Part shown: positions 41,476-52,821 of the stretch, piece after piece
Layout: each line of letters begins with the position of its first letter
How positions within the stretch are numbered: the first letter of the stretch is position 1
Source: Alphaproteobacteria bacterium
Lineage (GTDB): Bacteria; Pseudomonadota; Alphaproteobacteria; UBA828
NCBI GenBank assembly: GCA_965237415.1
Contig: CBDEFM010000002.1
Coordinates: 3,264,001 to 3,328,000, forward strand
Reading direction: 5' to 3'
DNA length: 64,000 nucleotides
The notes under the pieces: generated by a model
The model's input: the letters and a program-made list of their open reading frames with translations, nothing else
Database searches by the model: none
What the model was told of the DNA's origin: nothing
Translations under genes and position numbers: made by a program

Positions 41476-41868
41476 ATGCTGAAGCGGCACAATCCGGCCA
41501 CCGTCGTCGAGGCCTTCGGCGGCGGCTACAGCCAGGCGCTGGAGATCCCGCCGGGCGCCCGGTTGATCTACACCGCAGGCCAGGTGGGCGCGGCGCCCGA
41601 CGGCAAGACGGCGGACGGCTTCGCCGCCCAGGCCGATCAGACCTGGGCCAACGTCCTGGCACTGCTCGCCGAAGGCGGCATGGGCGTCGAGGACATCGTC
41701 AAGATCACCGGCTACATCGTGGGCGAAGAGAACTTCCCGGCCTACGCGGCGGCGCGGAAGAAGGCGCTCGGCGGCGTACGCCCGGCGTCGACCGCAATCA
41801 TCGTGCCGGCGCTGGCGCTGTCGGAGTGGCTGGTCGAGATCGAAGCGGTGGCCGCGAAGGTGGACTGA
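41476..41868 (+). CDS. RidA-family protein
   Basis: YSQA, AGQV, RPAST, LVEIEAVA. Confidence 0.88.
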   Translation: MLKRHNPATVVEAFGGGYSQALEIPPGARLIYTAGQVGAAPDGKTADGFAAQADQTWANVLALLAEGGMGVEDIVKITGYIVGEENFPAYAAARKKALGGVRPASTAIIVPALALSEWLVEIEAVAAKVD

Positions 41869-41914
41869 GCGTGTACGGCGCCTGCCCTGTGACGGCTGCG
41901 GGAGGAGAGGGATC

Positions 41915-42289
41915 ATGGTGACGCCATCCATGCAACTGATCGGCGAGGCGCTGGCCGAGGTCGCCAGCATCTCGGTGGATGAGGCGCTTGCGCTCGCGGG
42001 CGGCGAGGACGCGGTCTTCGTCGATGTGCGCGAGCGGGCCGAGCATGCCGCTGGCGCCATTACCGGCGCCGTGGCCGCGCCGCGCGGCTTCCTGGAGTTC
42101 ATCGCCGACCCGGCCTCGCCGATGCACAACCCGGCGCTTTCGGCCGACAAGCGGCTGGTCGTCTACTGCGCCTCCGGTGGGCGGTCTGCGCTCGCGACCA
42201 AGACCTTGCAGGACATGGGGTACGCCGGGGTCGCGAACCTGACCGGCGGCTTTCAGGCCTGGACCGAGGCCGGCGGCCCGACCGAATAA
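41915..42289 (+). CDS. Single-domain rhodanese
   Basis: VDVRE, YCASGGRS, LTGGFQAW. Confidence 0.88.
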   Translation: MVTPSMQLIGEALAEVASISVDEALALAGGEDAVFVDVRERAEHAAGAITGAVAAPRGFLEFIADPASPMHNPALSADKRLVVYCASGGRSALATKTLQDMGYAGVANLTGGFQAWTEAGGPTE

Positions 42290-42308
42290 CGGCGAACGGC
42301 GAGGCCGC

Positions 42309-43559
42309 ATGACTGAGGGCGGGGCGGAAGCGCCGCTCGATACCGCCTTCGCCCGCGCGCACTTCCCCGCGCTCGCAGGCCCGTGGGCGCTGTTCGAGAA
42401 CGCGGGCGGCACCCTCGTCGCGTCGCAGGCGCTCGAGCGCATCCGCACCTACATGACCGAGTGTCAGGTGCAGCCGGGCGCGGCCTACCCCGCCTCGGCC
42501 CGCGCCGCCGAGATGATCGCCGAGAGCCACCGGGCGATGGCCGCGATGATCAACGCCGAGCCCGAAGAGGTGATGATCGGGCCCTCCACCTCGATGAACG
42601 TGTTCCTCCTCGCCCAGGCGCTGAGGCCCGGTTTGCGGGAGGGGGACGAGATCATTGTCACCAATCTCGATCACGAGGCGAATGTCGGCGCCTGGCGCAA
42701 GCTCGCAGCCGATGGGATCAGGGTGCGCGAGTGGCGCTTCGATGAGGAAACCCTGACGCTGGAGCCGGAGGGGCTCGCCGCGCTGCTGAACGAGCGCACA
42801 CGCGCGGTCTGTTTCGGCCACTGCTCCAACATCACCGGCAGCTTCACCGATGTGCCGGCGCTGGTGCGCATGATTCACGATGCCGGTGCGCGCGCCTGCG
42901 TGGATGGAGTCGCCTACGGGGCGCACCGCGCCATCGACGTGAAGGCGTGGGATGTCGATTTCTACCTTTGCTCGACCTACAAGCTCTACGGGCCGCACCT
43001 GGCGCTCCTCTACGGCAAGCGCGCGCACTTTGAGCGGGCAGCGCCGCTCAACCACTTCTTCCTCGACGACGAGCTGCCGCTGAAGCTGAACCCGGGCGGC
43101 CCCAACCACGAGCTGAGCGCCGGTCTCGCCGGCATCACCGCCTATCTCGACGCGCTCCACGTCCACCATGAGGGAGAGACCAACCGGCCGCTCCACGGCC
43201 GGCTCGCCGCGATCTTCGAGCGCATCGCGGCGCATGAGGAGGCGCTCGGCGCGCCGCTGCTGGATTTCCTCGCATCGAAGCCCGGCGTCCGCCTCATCGG
43301 CAACCCGAGCGCCGATCGGCACGTGCGGGCGCCGACCTTCTCCTTCGCGGTCGATGGCCGCGAAGCCGGCGAGATCGCCCGCGCCGTCAGCGCCCACAAG
43401 GTCGCCATCGGCGCAGGCGACTTTTACGCCCCCCGCTGTGTCGAGGCCCTCGGCCTCGCTGCCCGTGGCGGCATCGTCCGCGCGAGCATGGTCCACTACA
43501 ACACAATGGGCGAGGTCGAACGCCTGATCCGCGCCATCGATGAGGCGATCCCCGGCTAG
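42309..43559 (+). CDS. Class V PLP enzyme, cysteine-desulfurase-like (no catalytic Cys)
   Basis: ENAGG, DHEANV, STYKLYGPH; GAGDFYA where SufS has RxGHHCA. Confidence 0.85.
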   Translation: MTEGGAEAPLDTAFARAHFPALAGPWALFENAGGTLVASQALERIRTYMTECQVQPGAAYPASARAAEMIAESHRAMAAMINAEPEEVMIGPSTSMNVFLLAQALRPGLREGDEIIVTNLDHEANVGAWRKLAADGIRVREWRFDEETLTLEPEGLAALLNERTRAVCFGHCSNITGSFTDVPALVRMIHDAGARACVDGVAYGAHRAIDVKAWDVDFYLCSTYKLYGPHLALLYGKRAHFERAAPLNHFFLDDELPLKLNPGGPNHELSAGLAGITAYLDALHVHHEGETNRPLHGRLAAIFERIAAHEEALGAPLLDFLASKPGVRLIGNPSADRHVRAPTFSFAVDGREAGEIARAVSAHKVAIGAGDFYAPRCVEALGLAARGGIVRASMVHYNTMGEVERLIRAIDEAIPG

Positions 43560-43683
43560 CGTTTGCCGCACCTGGCGGCCGCGCGCTCGATCCCGCGCGG
43601 ACGCGGTGCGCTTGTGCCCCGGGCCGGCATGACGCACTTTTCAAGAACTCCGGTTCAGTTCCGTCAGCGAGGGGGACGCGGGC

Positions 43684-44538
43684 ATGGGGATCGTGACGGA
43701 CGTCGTGTTGCCGATTGCCCTCGCGTTCATCATGCTCTCGCTCGGGCTCGGGCTCACCTTCGGCGATTTCGCCCGGGTTGCGAAGCACCCGCGCGACTTC
43801 CTCGTGGGTGCCGTGTCGCAGGTGGTGCTCCTGCCGGCGGTGGCCTTCGTCCTGGTCAGCGTCTGGCCGCTCCCGCCCGAAGTGGCTCTCGGGGTGATGA
43901 TCATCGCCGCGGCGCCCGGCGGGGTGACCTCCAATCTGCTCACGGCCTTCGGACGCGGCGACGTGGCATTGTCCATATCGCTCACCGCCGTCGTCAGTCT
44001 GCTCAGCGTCATCACGATCCCGCTCATCGTCGTGTTCGCCTACACCCGGTTTGTGGGCGGCGATGCGGGCGATATCTCCGTTGCCGAAACCGCGGTCAGC
44101 GTCTTCCTAATCGTCACCTTGCCGGCTCTGATCGGCCTCGCGATCCGGCGCTGGGCCGAGGGATTCGCCACAAGGGTCCACCCCACCGCGCGCAGGATCT
44201 CGGCGCTGCTCTTCGTGCTGGTCCTGGCCGCGGCGGTCTACCAGGAACGAGAGAACGTCGTCGCCTACATGAGCCAGGCAGGCCCCGTCACGGTGGTGCT
44301 GAACGTCGTGATGATGGTCCTGGCCTACTTCCTCGCGAGGCTCTTCGCGACCGGCCCGCGCCGGCGTATCGCCATCTCCATCGAATGCGGGGTGCAGAAC
44401 GGCACCCTCGCCATCGCCGTGGCGACGCTTCTGTTCGGTGGCGGCCTCGTCGCCGTGCCTGCGGCCACCTACAGCCTGATCATGTTCGCGACCGCACTCA
44501 TCTTCATCGCCTTCCTGAGGCGACGCGTTGCGGGCTAA
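43684..44538 (+). CDS. Bile acid:sodium symporter family transporter
   Basis: PGGVTSN, GDVALS, IECGVQNG. Confidence 0.9.
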   Translation: MGIVTDVVLPIALAFIMLSLGLGLTFGDFARVAKHPRDFLVGAVSQVVLLPAVAFVLVSVWPLPPEVALGVMIIAAAPGGVTSNLLTAFGRGDVALSISLTAVVSLLSVITIPLIVVFAYTRFVGGDAGDISVAETAVSVFLIVTLPALIGLAIRRWAEGFATRVHPTARRISALLFVLVLAAAVYQERENVVAYMSQAGPVTVVLNVVMMVLAYFLARLFATGPRRRIAISIECGVQNGTLAIAVATLLFGGGLVAVPAATYSLIMFATALIFIAFLRRRVAG

Positions 44539-45182
44539 AGCTTGCGCGCCTGGGCGATGGGCAGGTTGGCGATGCGGGCGTATTCGCCCGTCTCGAGCAG
44601 CCCTGGATCGTTCAGATAGTCCAGCACCAGATCGGTCGCGTCGAGGCCCCAGAAGAGCTCGCCGCCAATGGCAAAGGTGGGGACACCGAAGACCCCGCGC
44701 CTGGCGGCCTCCTCGGTGCTCTTCTTCAGCGCCTCCTTGACCTCGGGCCGGGCGATGGCCTCGTCGGCGTCCGCGATGGCGAGCCGCTCGGTGAGCCCCT
44801 GCCACTCGTCGTCGCGGGAGACGTCGCGCCCTTCGGCCCATATGGCGTCGAAGACCGCGCGTATGAGCGCAGGCTCGGCACCGTGGGCGACGGCCAGCCG
44901 GAGCGGGCGCAGCGGGTTGAACGGATGCGCCGGCGGCATGCGAAAGGGGATGCCGTGGCGTGCCGCGTACCAGTGGCACCAGCGATAGGTGTGCACGCGC
45001 TTGGCCGGAATCTCCGCAGGCCCCTTGTGCTCCCAATGGCCGAGGAGCCCTGCGAAGAGAACCGGGCGATAGGTGATCGTGAGGTCCGGCGGCAGCCGGT
45101 CGAATTGGACGAGTTGCAGATAGGAGAAAGGAGAGAGAAAATCGAAGTACCAGTCGGCGGCCCGCATCGGCCCGTCCCCCAC
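44535..45182 (-). CDS. 2-hydroxychromene-2-carboxylate isomerase/kappa-GST family
   Basis: YFDFLSPFSY, GVFGVPTF, FWGLD. Confidence 0.88.
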   Translation of the reverse strand: MGDGPMRAADWYFDFLSPFSYLQLVQFDRLPPDLTITYRPVLFAGLLGHWEHKGPAEIPAKRVHTYRWCHWYAARHGIPFRMPPAHPFNPLRPLRLAVAHGAEPALIRAVFDAIWAEGRDVSRDDEWQGLTERLAIADADEAIARPEVKEALKKSTEEAARRGVFGVPTFAIGGELFWGLDATDLVLDYLNDPGLLETGEYARIANLPIAQARKL

Positions 45183-45277
45183 GTTCGAACATCCGGGTCG
45201 CCGGCCGATTGTGCCCGGTTCGGCTCGGCCGTGCGAGGGCGCGCGGGTGGCCTGCGGGCGGAAGCGGCGGAGGAACG

Positions 45278-46012
45278 ATGAGCGAGACTGAGCGCGAGGC
45301 GCGGATCGACTTGGCGGCGGCCTATCGGATGGCCTGCCATCACGGGCTCAACGAGGGCGTCTGCAACCACTTCTCCCTCATGCTGCCGGGAAGCAGCGAC
45401 CGCTTCCTGCTGATCGCCTACGGCACCCACTGGAGCGAGGTGCGCGCCAGCACGCTCCTCGTCGTGGACCTGGACGGCCGCGTGATCGAGGGCGAAGGAG
45501 AAGTGGAGGAGACCGCCGTCTGTCTGCACGCCCCCCTCCACAGGGCGCGACCGGATCTGCGCTGCCTGATGCACACCCATCAGCCCCAGGTGCTGGCGCT
45601 CGCCATGATCGAGGACGGCCGGCTGGAGCCCGTAAGCCAGAACGCGCTCCGCTTCAGCCATCGCATCGCCTACGACCGGGCGTATCAGGGCGTCGCCCTT
45701 GCCGAAAGCGAGGGCGACCGCGTGGCCCGCGCGATGGACGGCGCCGACATCCTCTTCATGGGAAATCACGGCCTGATGGTGGGGGGCACCGACGTCGCCA
45801 AGGCCTACGACGACCTCTACTATCTGGAGCGCGCGGCGATGGTTCAGATCCTCGCCATGAGCACGGGCCGCCCGCTCAAGCCGATCCCGCCCGAGATGCA
45901 GGCGGAAACCGTGAGCCAGTTGTCGCGGGACAACAGGCACCGTTACGCGCTCGAGCATTTCGCGGCGATCAAGCGGATTCTCGACCGCACCGAGCCCGAC
46001 TACCGCGAATAA
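45278..46012 (+). CDS. Class II aldolase/adducin family protein
   Basis: NHFS, HTHQP, NHG, YYLERA. Confidence 0.88.
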   Translation: MSETEREARIDLAAAYRMACHHGLNEGVCNHFSLMLPGSSDRFLLIAYGTHWSEVRASTLLVVDLDGRVIEGEGEVEETAVCLHAPLHRARPDLRCLMHTHQPQVLALAMIEDGRLEPVSQNALRFSHRIAYDRAYQGVALAESEGDRVARAMDGADILFMGNHGLMVGGTDVAKAYDDLYYLERAAMVQILAMSTGRPLKPIPPEMQAETVSQLSRDNRHRYALEHFAAIKRILDRTEPDYRE

Positions 46013-46049
46013 TCTTGCCGGACTTGATCGGAAACGAACGAGAGGCGCG

Positions 46050-46238
46050 ATGACTGAATTGGAGATCGCCGACTGAATCAACGATACCTGCCCCTGGTCG
46101 GGGGAGCCGGTACAAGCCGACTCCCTGACCGAGTACAACGGCGAAGTCGTCGGCTTCTGCAATCCCGGGTGCCGCGACAAGTTCGACACCGCGCTCCGCC
46201 ACTTCGAGAAGGCGAAGGCGTCGAGGGGAGCACAGTAG
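46050..46238 (+). CDS. Small YHS/TRASH-like Cys-rich protein with in-frame TGA (selenoprotein candidate or pseudogene)
   Basis: MTELEIAD-TGA-INDTCPWSGEPVQADSLTEYNGEVVGFCNPGCRDKFDTALRHFEKAKASRGAQ*; GAGG RBS. Absent from the ORF track because of the TGA at 46074-46076. Confidence 0.75.
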
Positions 46239-46315
46239 AGCCGACCCCTGGCGGTTGCATCGGCGGTCGATCCGCGCGAGCCTCGGGCAAGTCACCGACC
46301 CTGGGAGACACTGCC

Positions 46316-46978
46316 ATGGCCGCGAAACGAGTGGTGCTGACCGGCTACGAGCCCTGGTCTCACGCAAGCGAGAACCCCACCCTCAATCTGCTCGACCGGG
46401 CGCGGGAGCGCAACTTTGCCGACGTCGAGCTGATTACGATCCGTGTGCCGGTGGAGAGCGAGCGCATCACGCCCCTCGTGGACGAGGCCCTCGACACTCA
46501 CCGGCCGGACATATGGATCAGCCTCGGGCTCTATCCCGGCAGTCCGGTGGTCTCGGTCGAGCGGACCGCGGCCAACATCAGGGACTTCCCGGTGCCGGAC
46601 AACGCCGATGCCCAACCGGTCGACGAGCCCGTGTTCGCCGACGGCCCTTTCGCCTATCGGTCCACGCTGCCGATCAAGTCCATGGTGGCGGCGATGAACG
46701 ACCGCGCGGTCCCGGCCAAGATCTCAAATACGGCGTCCACCTATCTCTGCAACCAGATCATGTACACCGCGCTCCATCTCGTGCGTGAGAAGGCGTTGCC
46801 GACGCGCGCGGGTTTCATCCATGTGCCGTGCACGCCGGGCTATGTCGCGCGCGCCGCCTATCCCGAGCACGAGTTCCCATCGATGAGCCTCGATGTGATG
46901 GCGGACGCGGTGGATGCGGCGATCGTCACCGCCACGGAGCTGGAGGACGATATCGAGGCGGCGCCCAAGGGGTATTAG
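46316..46978 (+). CDS. pcp: Pyroglutamyl-peptidase I
   Basis: LTGYEP, ERTAAN, STLPIK, TYLCN, GFIHVP (Glu-Cys-His triad). Confidence 0.9.
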   Translation: MAAKRVVLTGYEPWSHASENPTLNLLDRARERNFADVELITIRVPVESERITPLVDEALDTHRPDIWISLGLYPGSPVVSVERTAANIRDFPVPDNADAQPVDEPVFADGPFAYRSTLPIKSMVAAMNDRAVPAKISNTASTYLCNQIMYTALHLVREKALPTRAGFIHVPCTPGYVARAAYPEHEFPSMSLDVMADAVDAAIVTATELEDDIEAAPKGY

Positions 46979-47709
46979 GCAGAACCCGTCGAAGACGGGC
47001 TCGCTTTAGCCTGCGTGCTCAGTCCGCTTGCCGCGCCGCGGTAGCCCGTGGCGAGCACGTAAGTCTCCGCGGAGTCGGCGCGGCTCGCCGGCGGCTTGGC
47101 GTTCCGCACCCGTGCGAAGGCTTGGCGCAGCCGGATCTGGAGCGCGCTGTCGCCCCCTTGGCGCAGCTTGGCGAGAAAGCACCCGCCTGGAGCGAGCAGC
47201 GGTTCCGCGAGATCGAGCGCGGTCTCGCAGAGCGCCGAGACGCGCAGGCGATCGGTCGGCGCATGACCGGTGGTCGGCGCCGCCATGTCGCTCATCACCA
47301 GGTCGGCCGGGCCTCCCAGCGCGGCGCGAATCTCGTCGAACGCGTCGGCGCCGCATGCGTCGATCTTGAGCACGACGACACCCTCGATCGGCTCTATCTC
47401 GGCGAGGTCGACCGCGACCACGCGCCCGCGCTTCCCCACCCGCGCCGCTGCCACCTGGCTCCAGCCGCCGGGCGCGGCGCCTAGGTCGACCACCCGCTGC
47501 CCCGGCCGGAGGATGTCCCCCGTCTCGGCGAGGCCGATCAGCTTGTAGACGGCGCGGGAGCGGTAGCCGGCCTCGCGCGCCGCGCGGACGTAGGGGTCGT
47601 TGAGCTGGCGTTCCAGCCAGCGGGTCGACGACGGTTTGCGGCGGCGCGCGCGCTTCAGCCTGACCGGTGCCCGGCGCTTCTGAGGGCTGCCGTCGTCGCC
47701 TGCGGTCAC
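46975..47709 (-). CDS. rlmE: 23S rRNA Um2552 methyltransferase RlmE
   Basis: WLERQLNDPY, YRSRAVYKL, DLGAAPGGWSQ, SDMAA, KPPASR..SAETY. Confidence 0.95.
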   Translation of the reverse strand: MTAGDDGSPQKRRAPVRLKRARRRKPSSTRWLERQLNDPYVRAAREAGYRSRAVYKLIGLAETGDILRPGQRVVDLGAAPGGWSQVAAARVGKRGRVVAVDLAEIEPIEGVVVLKIDACGADAFDEIRAALGGPADLVMSDMAAPTTGHAPTDRLRVSALCETALDLAEPLLAPGGCFLAKLRQGGDSALQIRLRQAFARVRNAKPPASRADSAETYVLATGYRGAASGLSTQAKASPSSTGSA

Positions 47710-48701
47710 GGCGACGCGCTCTCCCTGCGTTCGGTCCGCGCCGCCCGCATCATCCTGAGCAGCATCCCCTCGCGGAGCCCCCGGTCGGCGACATCGAGCT
47801 GCCCGGCCGGGCAGGCGGCCATGACCGCGTCGAGGATGGCGCAGCCCGCGACCATCACGTCCCCGCGACCCGGTCCGATACAGGGCTGTGCCGCACGGGC
47901 AGCATAGTCCTGATCGATGACCGTCTCGATCACGGCCCGCACGTCGTCGAACTGAAGCCGGAGGCCGTCCACCTGCTGCCGGTCGTAGCGGGGGAGAGCG
48001 AGATGAATGCCGGCGATGGTGGTGACGGTGCCCGAAGTGCCGAGGAGCTGAACGGTGTTGTCGCCGGCGCCCTTACGGATGCCATGGGTCTCGGCGAAGG
48101 GGCCGATCTCGGCCTCGATTTCGGCGACCATTGCGGCATAGACCGCGCGGCCGATCCGATCGCCGCCGTAGCGTTCGGCGAGCGACACGACCCCGTGACC
48201 GATGGAGCTCCACGCGGCGAGCACTGGCGGCCGGCCGTCATCGAGACGGACCCAAATGAGCTCCGTGCTGCCGCCGCCGATATCGAGCAGCAGCACATGC
48301 TGCATCGTCCGGTCGAACAAGGGCATGCAGCCCTCAAGGGCAAGCTGCGCTTCCTCGGCCGGCGATATGATTTCGATCGAAAGCCCGGTCTCGTCGTCGG
48401 CACGGTCGATGAACGCCTGGCGATTCTCCGCCCGCCGGCAGGCCTCGGTCGCCACCGCCCGATAGCGATTGACGCCACCCTTTCTCAGCTTGCCGGCGCA
48501 GACCCTGAGCGCACCGATGGTCCGCTCGATCGCCTGCTCGGAGAGCCGCCCCGATCGCGCCACGCCCTCGCCGAGCCGCACGATGCGGGAGAAGGCATCG
48601 ACGACGCGGAAGCCTTCTCCCTTCGGGCGCGCGACGAGGAGCCGGCAGTTGTTCGTGCCGAGGTCGAGCGCGCCGAATGAAGGGCCGGGCCGATCGCTCA
48701 C
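47706..48701 (-). CDS. ppx: Ppx/GppA-family exopolyphosphatase
   Basis: DLGTNNCRL, ATEACR, DIGGGSTE, GLREG. Confidence 0.92.
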   Translation of the reverse strand: MSDRPGPSFGALDLGTNNCRLLVARPKGEGFRVVDAFSRIVRLGEGVARSGRLSEQAIERTIGALRVCAGKLRKGGVNRYRAVATEACRRAENRQAFIDRADDETGLSIEIISPAEEAQLALEGCMPLFDRTMQHVLLLDIGGGSTELIWVRLDDGRPPVLAAWSSIGHGVVSLAERYGGDRIGRAVYAAMVAEIEAEIGPFAETHGIRKGAGDNTVQLLGTSGTVTTIAGIHLALPRYDRQQVDGLRLQFDDVRAVIETVIDQDYAARAAQPCIGPGRGDVMVAGCAILDAVMAACPAGQLDVADRGLREGMLLRMMRAARTERRESASP

Positions 48702-48894
48702 TGTGCTTGCTCCGATTGCCGGGGCGCCCGCTCCCCGGCGCCGGCTTAGGGGTCATTACACCGTGTGCGCCCGCGCCTGGCAACGCACCCGAATGGGTTT
48801 ATGGGCGACTATCGCTGCGCGCTGCCCGGCGTGCGCGGCTGGACGATCGGTTGACACGCCCGCCCCATGTCATAAGTTTCGGGCGACGGCCTGC

Positions 48895-48968
48895 TGGGGG
48901 ATAGTCTAACGGCAGGACAGCGGACTCTGACTCCGTAGGTCCAGGTTCGAATCCTGGTCCCCCAGCCA
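48895..48968 (+). tRNA. tRNA-Gln(CTG)
   Basis: TGGGGGA/TCCCCCA acceptor stem, anticodon loop CT-CTG-AC, GTTCGAATC T-loop, encoded CCA; TTGACA -35 upstream. Confidence 0.95.
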
Positions 48969-49042
48969 CCTCTTCCGCCCGGCGCGGCCCGATGGCCCCG
49001 CGCCGAGGCCCATCCCAAGCCCGTGATATGGACGCTAGGCGA

Positions 49043-50140
49043 TCAGGTGTGGGTGCGGGTCTTTTCCAGGTCGTAGAACGGAATCTGCGAGACCGTCGCC
49101 GCGCACTGCATCGTCTCGCCCTCGACCCCGAGTTGAGTGCCCTCGGCCGCTGCGTGCGGTGCCACGTGGCAAAGCGCGAGGGATTTCTTCAACCGGTGCG
49201 ACCAGGCCGGGCTGTTGACGACGCCGACCCGCTCGCCGGCGAGGGTGAGCGCGGCGCCCGCCTCCACCGCGTCGTCGTGATCGGCCACGACGCCGACCAT
49301 GAGCACCTTCTCCTGCCCCTTGCGAGCGAACACCGCGTCCTTGCCGCGAAAATCGCCCTTCTTGCGCGAGACCGACCAGCCCATGGTCACCTCCCAAGGC
49401 GTGTTCGCCTCGGTCATGTCGTAGGGATAGAAGAGAAGCGCAGCCTCCACCCTGATCTTGTCGAGGCAGGTGAAGGAGCAGGGGACGATACCGGCGCCCG
49501 CGCCGCGCTCGAGAATCTCTTCCCAGAGCGGCACCACGTGTTCGGCGGTGGCAAAGATCTCGTAGCCGCGCTCGCCGGAATAGCCGGTGCGCGAGATCAG
49601 GACCGGCCGGCCGAAGAGCGTGGTCTCGGCCTGGTGGAAGTAGCGGAGCGCGGGCAGGTCGATCGGGGTGTGCGGGTCGAGAATGCCCACCGACGCAGGC
49701 CCCTGCAGCGAGATATCGTGCAGATCGTCGTCGAAGGCGATACTCACCTGCTTACCCTCGGCGCTTTCCTGCAGCCGCTCCATGCAGGCGCCTGCGCCGT
49801 GGACGACGAGGAAGTCGTCATCGGCCAGGGTGAAGATAATGGCGTCGTCGCAGATGCCGCTGTCATCCTGCAAGACCGGCCCGTAGGCCGAACGCCCGAT
49901 GGGTATTCGCGACATGTCGCGGGTAATCACGTGGTCGCAGACGGCGGCAGCGTCGCTGCCGCGCACACGGACCTTCTTGAGCCCCGAGACGTCGAACAGG
50001 CCCGCTCTCTCCCGCACCGCGTCATGCTCGTCGCAGGGATCGCTGTGGTAGGTCCACGGCGCCCCCATGCCGTTCCAGTCCTCGAGGTTGGAGCCGAGCG
50101 CCCGATGGTGCGCGGCCAGCGCCGATTCACGTGTACTCAT
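49043..50140 (-). CDS. GcvT-family aminomethyltransferase, DmmD-like
   Basis: HRALGSNLEDWNGMG, GLFDVSGLKK, FDDDLHDISLQGP, SRTGYSGERGYE. Start ATG 50140. Confidence 0.85.
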   Translation of the reverse strand: MSTRESALAAHHRALGSNLEDWNGMGAPWTYHSDPCDEHDAVRERAGLFDVSGLKKVRVRGSDAAAVCDHVITRDMSRIPIGRSAYGPVLQDDSGICDDAIIFTLADDDFLVVHGAGACMERLQESAEGKQVSIAFDDDLHDISLQGPASVGILDPHTPIDLPALRYFHQAETTLFGRPVLISRTGYSGERGYEIFATAEHVVPLWEEILERGAGAGIVPCSFTCLDKIRVEAALLFYPYDMTEANTPWEVTMGWSVSRKKGDFRGKDAVFARKGQEKVLMVGVVADHDDAVEAGAALTLAGERVGVVNSPAWSHRLKKSLALCHVAPHAAAEGTQLGVEGETMQCAATVSQIPFYDLEKTRTHT

Positions 50141-50223
50141 GGGCAGACTCCCTTTCTTATCCCTCAGTCGCGGGCGCTTGCTACGCTTGCATCGCGCGCC
50201 CCCGCGCGCGTATCCGCGCGACG

Positions 50224-52587
<2,364 letters not shown>

Positions 52588-52602
52588 TCACCTAACATTT
52601 GA

Positions 52603-52651
52603 TTGATACAACCAAATAGTTGCCTTGCGCTATTATGATTGGTCCAACCAA
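52603..52651. promoter_or_regulatory. Two GntR/FadR-type operator sites in divergent promoter
   Basis: TTGAT-ACA-ACCAA (52603-52615) and TTGGT-CCA-ACCAA (52639-52651) in an AT-rich intergenic stretch. Confidence 0.6.
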
Positions 52652-52821
52652 CAACTCGTATTCGCGACCTAATTTATCGCGCGGTCTTGACTCCGATCAA
52701 TGACAGCGAATACGGTTTTGCCTGACGATTTCGCAATAGGGGCGAAATTGATCTGGCTGCTCCGACAGATGGCGCCGCGCCACGGCGCCCCGCGCAGCCG
52801 CACCCAACAGGGAGACCAATC

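Noticed and set aside
42309-43559. SufS/IscS cysteine desulfurase or selenocysteine lyase supporting the selenoprotein idea
   Set aside because: The catalytic Cys loop is absent (GAGDFYA), so it gives no support.
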